This document shows positions 28,096 through 39,800 of a stretch of DNA of 64,000 nt, one piece after another. This DNA comes from Azolla caroliniana (lineage: Eukaryota > Plantae > Polypodiophyta). The DNA lies in assembly GCA_043228905.1 (NCBI GenBank), contig JBHGNT010000001.1, positions 30,566,001 through 30,630,000 of the forward strand, read 5' to 3'. Each line of letters begins with the position of its first letter. Within the stretch, counting starts at the first letter, position 1. The notes under the pieces are model-generated. The model was given only the letters and a program-made list of their open reading frames with translations, did not search any database and was not told the DNA's origin. Both the position numbers and the translations under genes were made by a program.

Positions 28096-28431
28096 ATGGC
28101 TGAAAAGCTTCCTGTGGCCAAGGGGAATCCTGATATACACTCCTCTCCAAAAACTGACGTTTCCACGGAGAAGTCTTCGTTGTCGGATCGTCATGGTCAT
28201 TCGGTGATTGAGAATAATATAAGAGCATACGAGAATGAAGATAGCAGTGACGGTGACGGTGTCCCCAATGTTGGTCAAGGACGACTTTATGCACCGCCAC
28301 CAGAGACGGTTGAGAAGTCATCCTCCTCAAAGATAAATGCTGCATCTTCCCCCGATAATCCAGCGATTCAGAAATCTCAAGTATCTACCAACAATCCAAC
28401 GACAGACCTCGTGCCCATGAGCAATTTGTGA
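28096..28431 (+). CDS. Putative small hydrophilic/disordered protein (111 aa), unknown function
   Basis: Intronless ORF with good start context (caatcATGG), more GC-rich than its flanks and S/P/D/E/N-rich. TATA-like motifs at ~27850 and ~27916. No family motif recognised. Confidence 0.5.
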   Translation: MAEKLPVAKGNPDIHSSPKTDVSTEKSSLSDRHGHSVIENNIRAYENEDSSDGDGVPNVGQGRLYAPPPETVEKSSSSKINAASSPDNPAIQKSQVSTNNPTTDLVPMSNL

Positions 28432-28933
28432 AAAATGCTGTTCCCAACCCTCTCTATCTATCTACCTATCTGTCTGTCTGTCTATATATATATATATATA
28501 TATTTGAGAAGTATTAGTGGTTGATTGTATGTGGTTTGTGAATAATGTTTAGCTTCTTATCTGCCTTGTTGCTATTTATTGTTTGATGCCCGAATTATTT
28601 GCATTTCACTCTGTTGTGGTCATTTCAATTCTTGCAAGGAATTGATGATATTTGAGCTTAGAATTTTTATGTGATAAAGTGTGCACGTGATCCAATGGAT
28701 GGCCCTCCATGGCCAGCTATGTGAAATAAAAGTAGCCCATAATAACAATCTTTTAATTTTGTGAACACGCTATTATCTAAATTGTTGTTATTTGTGGATT
28801 ATCAATTTCATCTTATTGGAGTTGTTATACGCCCATATATATCCTTATTGTAGATGAATGGTGTGATGAAGATTGATCTTATTGAAGATGCTAATGGTGA
28901 CTTATATTATTGGAATGCTTATATGTTGTTGTT

Positions 28934-29436
28934 AAGGGGTCTAATGGGTTTGGTTTAATATCTAGTTTTGGAATATTTATGTGGTACTTATAGTTTTGGA
29001 ATATGGAACTGCCACAAAATTCCCAAAATTCCCAAACTTTTGGCGTCTGACTTTTTTTGCAATTTGCTTTATTCTTTTGATTTTTTTGTGGGTTCGACAC
29101 GCAAGGCACTGCCCACAAGCTTGCCAGGTGTTGGTCGGTGGGACAAGGTGTGAAAAGAGACAAGGAAGGAATCGAGCACAAAAAGCCAAATAAAGGGAAC
29201 CGGACGAGAACCAAATGTGGCGTACTATAACACCGAGTATTTAATGAGGAATGATTGTAACACACCATACTTCCCAACAATGTTGTAAAATACTTAGCAT
29301 AAAATACGTGTAGAATAGGTATTTTGCAAGTATTCTGACTTCTTTTTTTAAATACTTGGAATACGTATTTTATAGATAAAATACCTTAAATAAGGGTTGT
29401 TTGTATCCCCAAGTGTCGAGCGGGCCAAACGAGACC
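28934..29436. mobile_element. Possible decayed PIF/Harbinger (Tourist-like) MITE
   Basis: Right end CCAAACGAGACC (reverse complement GGTCTCGTTTGG) resembles Tourist TIRs. Left end taaggggtctaatgggtttgg is only a partial match. Internal CAAAATTCC repeats. Confidence 0.25.
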
Positions 29437-29947
29437 TATTGAATTCTAATTAGCTACAAATTTGCAAACTTGTGATGATTTTTGTATGTCTTAAGACATC
29501 AATCAAGTAGCTTGTTAAAACCGAGTTTTGAGGCTGAGATGATTGTCAATTTGCTTGTCATCCGAGATGGGCCCTTGAAATATTCATTAATACGTATAAA
29601 ATTCTTCAATAACATTGGATATTAGATGCATCCATTATTAGAGTAAATTGACATCAAATAAAATGAAAGATAGGCGTTCAAAACAGATTGATCCAATTAT
29701 TATTTGTCGAATGGAAAATAAATATAATCAAGGCCTACCAAAACAAAAAATACTTATCTCAAGACTTCACGTATACCTTGGACACCAACCATGTATGTAG
29801 CTAATGAAACAAAGTCATATTGCCATACGCATGATTATGTCCAAATTATAGTATATATTTTAGAGCAGTAAGTACAAATTCAAGTGGCCACAATGAGCTA
29901 GAGGAACGTTTTAGCATTAACTCTTAAATCCTTTTCTTTGCATTGCA

Positions 29948-32900
29948 TTATACAATTTCAGCTATATACATACATATAAACACAAATAAGTTACAGCATC
30001 TCTCTTCCATCATATGAAGCGTATGCTTTTATGATTTCTTCATAAACAGATATACCCTTGCAAAACTCCACGGCATTCAGAAACTTGCAAAAGAAAAATA
30101 AAATCAGTGTATCATTATGGATATCACCACTAAATCAAAAACGGGTCATTTATTTATTTATCCTTATTATAAACAGGAAAGAACATGTTAATTTGAGCAA
30201 GAGAATCGAAGAAAGTGAAATTTCCCATTATAATAAGATTTTAAAATATTGAAATTTTTACCTCATTAGAACCATGTTGCCGGATGGGAGTATTAGAAAT
30301 GGGCGAGAAGCCCAAGGTTGGAATTCCAACCCTTCTCACAAACCGTCCATCCGTGGTCGAATATCTCGTTTCCGGATTACTGAGTTTTCCTCCAGCTTTC
30401 TCTACTGCATCAACAAGAAGCCTCAACCATGGAGTTGAATCATCCACCGGAGTATAACCAGAGATCTCAGATTTCAAAATAAACTACAAGAAAGAAAAAA
30501 GAGAAAATGAATTCCCTATCATCCATATCAATTCAATAAGCAAATTCTACAAATGAATCGCTATCAAGATAGACATGAATTCCCTATTATATATCCCATT
30601 TAAGAACTAAAATTTAACCAATAGACTTGAAGAGGGGGGAATGAATTCTCTTGTCTAACTGAAATAAAAAACCCAGCCTTTACATGTACCCAACTCAACC
30701 TTATAGCTCATGTTTCGTGATTTAGGTGCCCATTGTTCGGAGATGAGCTTCTCTATGAAAGATATGTCTGCCCCGGGATGAATTCTTAAATCAACGCCCA
30801 CTTCTGCTTCAGAAGGTTGGACATTCATGATAAAACCCTGTGACTTGACGACAATGACTTTGCTTAGCAATCCAACAAAAGCAATAATCAAAAGTGACTT
30901 AAAAATATAATGAATTGTCTTTATCCATACAGACATGCAGATAGATAAATTTATTAGTGTACTTGAAGACCAGCCTATGGAGGAACCCAGGTAGATCTAT
31001 CTATTAGCGTCCTCTAAATCCAACATATGGAGGAATCCTGGTAGATAGATGTATACTTATATACATGCATGTTCATAGATATAGTAGAGCCATTGAAGGC
31101 CAACCTATGAGAATTCCTGTTAGATAGATACACAGAGAGAGTGGTAGATATACATGGGTCCATTGGTGTCCTCATAAGCCAACATATGGAGGATGATCAC
31201 ATTGATTGATTGATCAAATGGTGTCTGTCCTTCAGGCACTAAATATGGAATATGACCATTGCGTGTGATAATTGGATTATGTATGGGTTGTTTTAACTCA
31301 GGAGAAATTATGGGGTTTACCATAGGATATTACCGTTGGTGTTGGTTGTCCAGCCTTCAGATAGACCACATTGATTGAGGTTATTTTGGCTTCTTCATCC
31401 AATCCCGCTTTGACAATATCCAATTGAGAAGCTCTAAATTTCATTATAGCTTCCACACTCTTCATCAAATTCTCTATAGCACTATTATCATATAGTGTAG
31501 AGCCATGCCCTGGATGACCTTGTGCTTTGATTTCCAACCACCAAGGGCTTTTCTCAGCATTTGTTACTTTATAATATTCACTTGGAGAGGTTAAGCCTTC
31601 ATCGAGGCATACTCCCACATTAAGAGAAGCAAAATGGGTTGAATCAACAAACTTCGAAAAACCATCACCACCACCGATTTCTTCATCTGGGACAAATGAA
31701 ATATGGATTGTCCGAAGAGGTTTGAACCCTTGATTATTCAGACTTCTAATGGCCTCCAAATACTGAATTCCAACACACTTTGTGTCTTGAGCTCCTCTAC
31801 CATAAATATCACCATTGCTTTCCATCACTGCCTCAAACGGATCATGCTTCCATTTCTCTTCCTGATATTATTCACAAAAAGAATAATATTGTTTATCTTT
31901 TTCCTCTCTCAAACTACGGTTTTGCTAATTTAAAAAACAAAGGCAATTTCTCTCTTCCAAAACATATATGTATACGCATGTGTATGGTTAACAATAAACT
32001 ACTTTGAAAGAATCTGCCAAGAGAAAGACCCATTGTCCCTTGCATTCAATATTATGTATAGGTATGTCGGTGTGTAGCTTACATTGTGTCCTATACATAT
32101 GTAGATGCTCACAACTACATATGCATGCATACATGCAAACAAACAAACATAAACACTTCCATAAATATACACACATGCATACATACAAAAAACATGCATA
32201 AATACACATACATACACACGCTCTAGATATATACACACACACACATACATATACACACACTCTACATATACACATACATATACACGCACGTATCTAAGTT
32301 TTTATACGTGATTACCAACATTACGGATCAGTTAAAGGATGGGATGTTGATTCCTTCCTCTCAGTTCTTACAAGCAAGTTTTGTTCATATAGGAATGATT
32401 TTGCACATTTATTGTTTAGAAGATGTTAATATAGTTTCTACTTATCTATTGGGAAAGTAGATGGAACTTATGAGTTTCCAATAAAATCAGTTATGACGGC
32501 TAGGCATCACTCTTCATTAGATTAAAAAAATTTGGATGACTTCAACGGGTTTTGTTATGTAAATATTTTTGGGCTTATACCTAAACTCTAAATGCTACTT
32601 GTTGTTTTCATCTAATATGAGACAAAATGCAATTCTTCATTTTCGTTTTTGGCATTGTTTGTTAATAAAGCCTCTATGCTTGTAGATGTGACTCTCTAAG
32701 GTCTTTTTTTCTTTATTCCTCTGGGTAAGAGGTTCTAGCTTTTTAAGAGCATAAATTTCAGTTTACTTTAGGTGTATGACAAAATAAGTGGATCATACTA
32801 GGTTCAGTAAAAATAACGTCTTGAACCAATCATGATATTAGAATCTCTACATGGGTGAAGAAAACATACATTCAGGACAATACATACGCATACAACTACA

Positions 32901-33256
32901 TCCAGAGGTAGATAGAGGCTGTTTACCTCAACTGGAACAACATCCATGTGAGAATTGAGGAGAATCGAAGGTAAGGAAGGGTCCGAGCCCTGCCACGTTA
33001 GGAGTGCAATACCCTTGTTTTCCACTAGCTCAATGACTCGGTTGGGGTGAAGGCCAATGGAACGAGCGAGATCGAGGATGAAATCAAGGGCCAGGGTGTA
33101 AGGTGGCGATGGATGGACGGTGGGTATCCGCAGATACTTCCTGAAATTCTCCACTGCTTCCTCTTTACCATCGCAGAAGCTGTGGTGGGGAAGAGATCCC
33201 CCTCTTACTGTGCAGAAGAAGAGGAAGAAGAAGAAGAAGCAGGATTCTGACTTCAT
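29948..33256 (-). CDS. ACY1: Aminoacylase-1 (peptidase M20A) with N-terminal signal peptide; exons ~33256-32927, 31861-31334, 30838-30700, 30484-30261, 30083-29948
   Basis: FRKYLRIPTVHP, LLNSHMDVVPV, KWKHDPF, IYGRGAQDTKCVGIQYLEAI, FVPDEEIGG, LDEGL, PGHGS, NVQPSEAEVGVDLR, GFSPISNTPIRQHGSNE|FLN. Hydrophobic leader CFFFFFLFFCTVRG. The 3' end is uncertain. Confidence 0.93.
30970..31200. repeat. Degenerate intronic repeat (CCAACATATGGAGGAATCCTGGTAGATAGAT-like, ~4 copies)
   Basis: Copies at ~30970, ~31020, ~31099 and ~31179 in ACY1 intron 2. Confidence 0.7.
32090..32290. repeat. Compound (CA/TA/CATA)n low-complexity tract in ACY1 intron 1
   Basis: acacacacatacatatacacacac-type sequence; it explains the overlapping VCVCMY-type spurious ORFs. 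Confidence 0.85.
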
Positions 33257-33364
33257 CTTCCTCCTTTGGGGAAATGGGAAATTTATGGGAAATTAGTTTT
33301 TCCCACTCTATGCAATTACATACAATTTTCTTTATCTACAAATTTAGAGGATCCATTTCCATCC

Positions 33365-33775
33365 ATAACAATCGGTAACTTGAACCGAACCGAACCGTGA
33401 GTCCGCTGCTTAACGGTTTAATCGGTTCGGTTCGGTTCAGGATTTTTTTTAATGGTTCTGATCGGTTTTATCTGTTAGAAAACCGCGGTTTAACGGGTTT
33501 TTATTTTTTTTATTTTTTTAAAAATTGCAAAAAAAATTAAAATTAAAACTTTACAAAATTTGTTTTTAAACTCTTTTTTCATTTTTAGACCTTATTCTCA
33601 CATCTTAGGAACATCTTTAAAAATTTTAAAATTTTAAAAAATAAAATATTTTAAATTTTGACCTAAGTTGAAAACCAAAACCGAACCACGAAACCGCAAT
33701 TTTAACAGTTTCGTGGTTTGGTTTGGTTCAGTTTCGACCCTCTCAAACCAAACCAAACCATTGTTGATTGTTATT
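33365..33775. mobile_element. MITE-like element with (AACCG)n/(CGGTT)n subterminal repeats upstream of ACY1
   Basis: aaccgaaccgaaccg...cggttcggttcggtt (33384-33437) and aaccgaaccacgaaaccg...ggtttggtttggtt (33679-33728) flank an AT-rich core. Terminal ATAACAATC / GATTGTTAT inverted repeat. No TSD. Confidence 0.55.
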
Positions 33776-35015
33776 ATTGTGCATAAATGGAACTCTTGTA
33801 TCACAAAGGGGGGGGCAGGGGGGTATACTCCTAATTTCTTAAAAGTACACAGAAATTTGTCATGTTTTAATACCCCCCAAGTGTCACCTTTCCATAAGGT
33901 TGGAAATAGCATTGATGCAATATAGATAGTCTTGTGGAGAATGTATTCTTTTTTTTTACATCACTCTATCTAGTTGGGTGTACGCGTTCTTATCCGAGAC
34001 CTTGCGATTGTTTCAATATGCGTCCGCTTGGCGATTTGTTTTTTGGTGTTGTGATTGCTCATGGAAGCACAAGATCAACACTCTCGAACCAGAAAAAAAA
34101 AACACTTGCAATTTATTGTCCTCCAACCAATTTGTAGGGAGACTCTCGAATTCTTAGCTATTATTGTCAAGTGCTCAAAGGAAACCAAATTCTCTTAACA
34201 AAAGAAAGAAGACCCAATGTGTGAAGCCCAAGAATCTTTCCGATTGCAAGTTCTACTCACTCTTTTGCTGTTTCGAGGGTAGATAGTTGTGTATGTATAT
34301 GTATGTCCTTTGGGGTGGGGGGAGTCATTAAAAAACTCTTTTAACTTTTTACAAGATAGTAGAATTTCTATTCACATAGTAGGGTATTAATTCAACTTGG
34401 GACAAGCCACATGCCCACAAGGAGAAGAACCAATCTAAATCTAACTCATTAAAACAAAAGTGCAATCCATCATACAAAACTACCAAAATCACCATGCTTT
34501 TCTTCCATAAGCTTAATCGCTGCTGAATCAACGTGCTTAGAAGTGGGAATTAAAGCCTTTACTTATATTGGTGGCCCGAATGGTTGCATGAATTGTGTAC
34601 AGGCTCAAGAACACTCAATGCACGACCGCATCCTTACAAACATAATTAAGAACGGAGCTAACAAAATGGGCGGTTGATTGACACAAAATGAACCATTAAT
34701 TAGAGCTAAAAAGAGAGACAGGTTTTTAAATTCTCTTCAAAATGTAGTGAATTCAGCAGAAAAAGAAGGAAGGAAGCAGGTAGGAAGAAAGGAGGAAAGA
34801 TGAAGGCAAAAAAGGCAGTGTGTTATTATGTATTTACCACTGTTTATTTATTACCTTTACTGTATTATGTACAATTAATTAGTACCACTCTTTATTACTG
34901 GTTATTAGTACCTTCTTCACGATTTATTACTACACGGTACACCTATACCTCTGTTTGTTTGCTGTTCCTATTCATTTACTCACGTAGACAGACAGACAGG
35001 CAGGGGCCGTCGGAC

Positions 35016-35073
35016 ATACATACATACATACTGATACATACATACATACATACATACATACATACATACATAC
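35016..35073. repeat. (CATA)n microsatellite upstream of RALF
   Basis: catacatacatacat runs, followed by (GACAAA) repeats. Confidence 0.9.
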
Positions 35074-35127
35074 ACAAAGACACAGACAAAGACAAAGACA
35101 GAGAGTTCCATTCCTTCTCTCTTCGCC

Positions 35128-35616
35128 ATGGCCAAGAAGCTTCTCCTCTTTCACCCTGCTAATGCCGCCGCCTCTGCTGCTCCACTAAGGATTCTCCTTC
35201 ACGCTACACTCCTGTTCAATCTCCTCTGCTCTTCCGTTTCTTCTTTTGCTCCGTCTTTCTCTTCTAATCCCTCTCTTCCTTTTCATCCTCTTCCGCCTTC
35301 ACCTTCTGCTTCTTTCTTCGCTGCTGCTGCTGGTATGACTTCTGCCCATGGCCATGACTATGGCGTCACCTCAGAAACCGAAGCTGATTCAGTCTCTACG
35401 GAGAATGTTAGGATAATGCTGGAGAGGAAACGCTTGATTCTGGTCGAGAACGAGAAGAAGATAAGCTATGGCGCTCTCTCTGCAGATAGTGTGCGATGTC
35501 CTCCCATGTCCGGCCGATCTTATTACCTCCGTGACTGTGAATCTGACACAGGTCCCGTTAACCCTTACACACGCAGCTGCACAACCTTGACTGGCTGCTC
35601 AAGGCTCGTTAACTAA
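35128..35616 (+). CDS. RALF: RALF (rapid alkalinization factor) peptide precursor, 162 aa, intronless
   Basis: Hydrophobic signal segment, acidic pro-region, RIML/RKRL basic sites, ISYGAL, and CPPMSGRSYYLRDC...GPVNPYTRSCTTLTGCSR with 4 conserved Cys. Confidence 0.93.
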   Translation: MAKKLLLFHPANAAASAAPLRILLHATLLFNLLCSSVSSFAPSFSSNPSLPFHPLPPSPSASFFAAAAGMTSAHGHDYGVTSETEADSVSTENVRIMLERKRLILVENEKKISYGALSADSVRCPPMSGRSYYLRDCESDTGPVNPYTRSCTTLTGCSRLVN

Positions 35617-36876
35617 ACCCTTAATATAAAAACAAGCTCTCTTCCTGTTAGATTTGGTTCAAATCTCACTGAAATGATGAAAATGGTAGATCTTTTTCCT
35701 CCATGTACGTCAATACACTATTGAAAGGCTCGCTGGTATGGTGAAAAGTTTCCATAATAAGGTATGGTAAAAAAAGGTTCTGTGATATGATATGGTGCTT
35801 GTATTTTATCGTCTTTGTTACATTTGATTCATTGATGGTTAGCTTTCTCCATCTAACTTTAGATATGTTTTCTAAGAAAGCTTAGCTTTATCCTTGTTAA
35901 CTTTCGAACTCAAACCTACGGGCTATAAAGGTCGGGTTTTTGCCCTGACCATCTCCAGCTTAGGATTCTATAGACTTTTTCAATAAAGTTTTTGTAGTTG
36001 TTGTCAGTAAAGTTGTGCCTCACAAAGTACATTATACAAATCTTGCAATGCACCTTGTATATCGAAACGCTAATCTTGTGGTTATATCATTTTGTTAACC
36101 ATGAAAATTCCTCATTAATGATTCATTAGAAACCCCATTACTAACTGCAAAAAATCCCCATTGGTGACTCAACTGGAAAAACCATGATTTCGCGTTCCCA
36201 ATCATCCCACCTTGTAGTATTACATTCCTTATTGTTGATTAAATAAAAATACATTTCCTCGCTTTCCAAACATCCCTGCTTATAACATTGTTCTTGTGAA
36301 TATCTCCTATCATCTTGTTCAATGTTACATTAAAAAAACGCATCATTTTCTTTTAATATAACACGTGTGTTGAATTATGGAGGTGATTTTGTGTTAAGCG
36401 TTTCGTCAATATGTCCATACCAAACTATATCACTAATATCTCTCTCACTTTTCCAATATTTTATATCTTATAAATGAAAATGTGGGTTTCAGGGATATAT
36501 ACATTATGAAATCATTGTTTTGTCTTCCAATCACCCTAGACATCAGTTGTGTGGTTAATAAATAGACAGATATTTGAACAAACTGGAGTGACAGTTGCAT
36601 TGGAGTCATGGTGATCAAGTGACATCTTACTTGGAGAGATATTTAGGCAAGCCTTTGTATTCTTCTCTTGCCCTTCAACCACATGTGAAGACAAATCTAT
36701 GGGGGCATAGTCCTCCTTGCAGAAAAGGGTGGCATCTTAATTATGTACAACCATCACTGAACAATTGTGTATATAGATAATAAATGGCAATGAATTTCCT
36801 ATAGATGTACAAATATATTCTCTCCTAATGCCACAATGCCACACCATGTGAAGTAGCTGTACCTTGTAGAGTAACT

Positions 36877-39800
36877 TCATTCAAGGTGTTTCAATGTCAT
36901 GGCAAGCTCTGCCAGACCACTGAGTTGTGTGTTGATTTTCGCAATCACTGATTGCTTCTTCGGAGGCAAATTCCTTGAATTCTCCTCCTGCCCAGCCTCC
37001 TCAGCTTTCTTTCTCTCATTTTCAACAAGTTTACAATTCTCATCACGTGCTTGTTTGAACATCCGAACAAAGTTCAGCAATACAGAAATCACTATAAGAA
37101 GAGAGAAGTTTTCATTAGGGTTATAAACAAATCTTCTTCTGATACACATACAAGAAGATTCTGTGTATTATGAAGGCTTTTTCTTGTCCTCGTCAAAGAA
37201 TTACACAATTAAAGATCCATTTCGACTGGCAACCATTAACTATCACACACTAGTACATGCTAAGACAATTTCAAAGAAGACATGTTCTCGTTTGCTTTTA
37301 TGTAACATGCATCATGACGGCACCACTACCACTACCACCATGAAATGAGGCATGAAAACGCATAGGATTGGCTTGCACAATAGAAGATAAAAGTGGTTTG
37401 TAAGTTCTCATGAAGATAATACAAACATGTTCACTGGCAGAGCACTATATAAAACGCATAGGATTGGCTTGCACGATAGAAGATAAAAGTGGTTTGTAAG
37501 TTTTCATGAAGGTAATACAAACATGTTCACTGGCAGAGCACTATATGTTAGCTCAAATAAAAATATAGATAGTACCTTGTTCAAATGGACAGGGGGCAAT
37601 AGCTTCACAAAAGTAAGTTGCCAAAGCATCAACATTGCTTCCCTACAACCAGTTTTCTTGGAAGTGAGCAATACATTTTCACGTACAAGATAAGCATTTA
37701 TGATGAAATCTCCATTTAATTTTATGAACTTATCATACCACTTCCGAATATAAAGACCTTAATGACTGATGTTCCTCCATTGCCATATCAAGAAAGGCTT
37801 TCAAATTCTGTGCTCCAGTGGAAGCTCGAGAATCGTCAGACAGAAATTATATTAGGCAATCATAATATAACATTAGACAAAGCATACCCAGACCTTTCGA
37901 AAATTTTCAGACACAGGGCCATCAGTTTCTGAATCTGCAAGTTCCTTCTCTATCTTTTCCAAATTTTTACTCACTTCTTGCATCTCCTCAGCGAGGAATT
38001 TCAATTTAACCTGAGTAAGCAAACCATTGTGAAGTAGCTGCGCACACACATCTATTTTACTATTTAGCACTTTATCCAATAGAAGTCCATAGTGGAATTT
38101 GCTCAACCTTTGAAGCATCCCCCAAATGAGTCAATTCTTTATCGAAATCCAGAAGCTCCGGTAAGTTATCACTGAATAGCTGTCATCAAAATATTTTCCC
38201 AAGCTCAATCCAGACACGAAAAAGGACATTTGGAATTTCAGTCAGAAATGTGTGTGCTGTTGTCTCCCAAAGTTTTCGCAGAATTTACATTCATCAAGGA
38301 TCACTAAAAAGATGGTAAATGTTATTAAATACCAAGTAATGTTCTACGAAACTTTACATATATAACTACATGAGAGCCAATGGAATAGTAATATTACTAT
38401 CAAACACTTTAAGTAAGGCAATTAAATTGATACAGGTCTATTATTAGTTTATATGCAACACTATATCTATGGAATCGGATGAAATAGTCATAACTAGATG
38501 AATTACCTTACATAAGTAGTGCATTAGAGTCATTTTGCTATCATGAGCACGTGTGTCACCAAGCTTCAAAAGGCTATCCAACTTGAATCCAACTGCAGCA
38601 CCTAATAAGTTATGGATCCAACAAAACCACTAGAACTCTTAACAAAGACCAGGTCATATATAAATAAACCGCGAGGTTAAACATACCAACCATGTAGTAC
38701 TGCAATAAGCAATAAAGCTATGTTGTTATTAAGATACACATACAAATATATCAACAAAATTAACTAGTATCAGGATTCAGTATATGTGTCATTCATCAAA
38801 TGTTTAGCTTCTCTCTGATATGGTTCATCCTAGACTATTCTTCTTCCAAGCCTCTTGCCATTTCTGAGAGAAAATATTGCTGCTTTAAAGTAGAAAGAAA
38901 AGTGCAATGCATCTCCTTGCTAGGTTAGGTTATGCAGTTCAAATCTCAATGGCTGTTTCTTTGTCTAACCCATAAATCCAAGTTGAACATTTTACAAATG
39001 GAAGATTCTGGGCAATCTAATATAACATGTTTACCTCGAGGAGTTCCTTCATTCAAGGCATTCCCAAGGGAGAGGATCGTCTTCATGATTTTCAGGAACT
39101 TAATGGATTCTACTATCTGAATAAATTAATTCAATTTAAATATTTGTATACCTGGTATTATGAACATTTTGAATTGCAGTTTCAAATATTACCTCTTTAG
39201 ATGCATTATTCACTATGCTCAAGCTTCTTCGCAAATCGTTAATCTGTGCTTACTCATGACCATGCCTTAGAAGACGCTTACATATTATGGAATAATACTA
39301 CCAAAATCAATCAAAATCAGCGCATACCTGGGTTAAAAATTCCAGCTTGAATGAGAATGCTTGCAGTTTTAATTCCATTCTTGGAACTTTCATCATCTCC
39401 AGAAAAAACTGCAATATATGAAGCATTAAATTGGGGTAAAAAGCTATGAATAACTTCAAAACAAGTCTTTATTATAGAGGTTAAATGTAAAATAACTAAG
39501 AAGAATTAATTATAAAGACCTTACCTGCTCACATTTCCCCAACTTCTCCTTGTCTCCATCATAACCCTGGTCAATCACAAAAACAGTTTCATTAACACAA
39601 ACATGAAATTGGATTAGAATGTGGTAATATCAATATCACCTTTACATCACAAAAGGCAGCAGAACTAAAACAAGCTAAGCATATATATGTACTCATTCAT
39701 TTATTCAGTGTTGTTTATAAATTCATTCAGCCATTATATGCATCTATTTACTGGAAAGGGCCTTTAATGAGGTGAACAAAAACGATACAATAAACCTACT

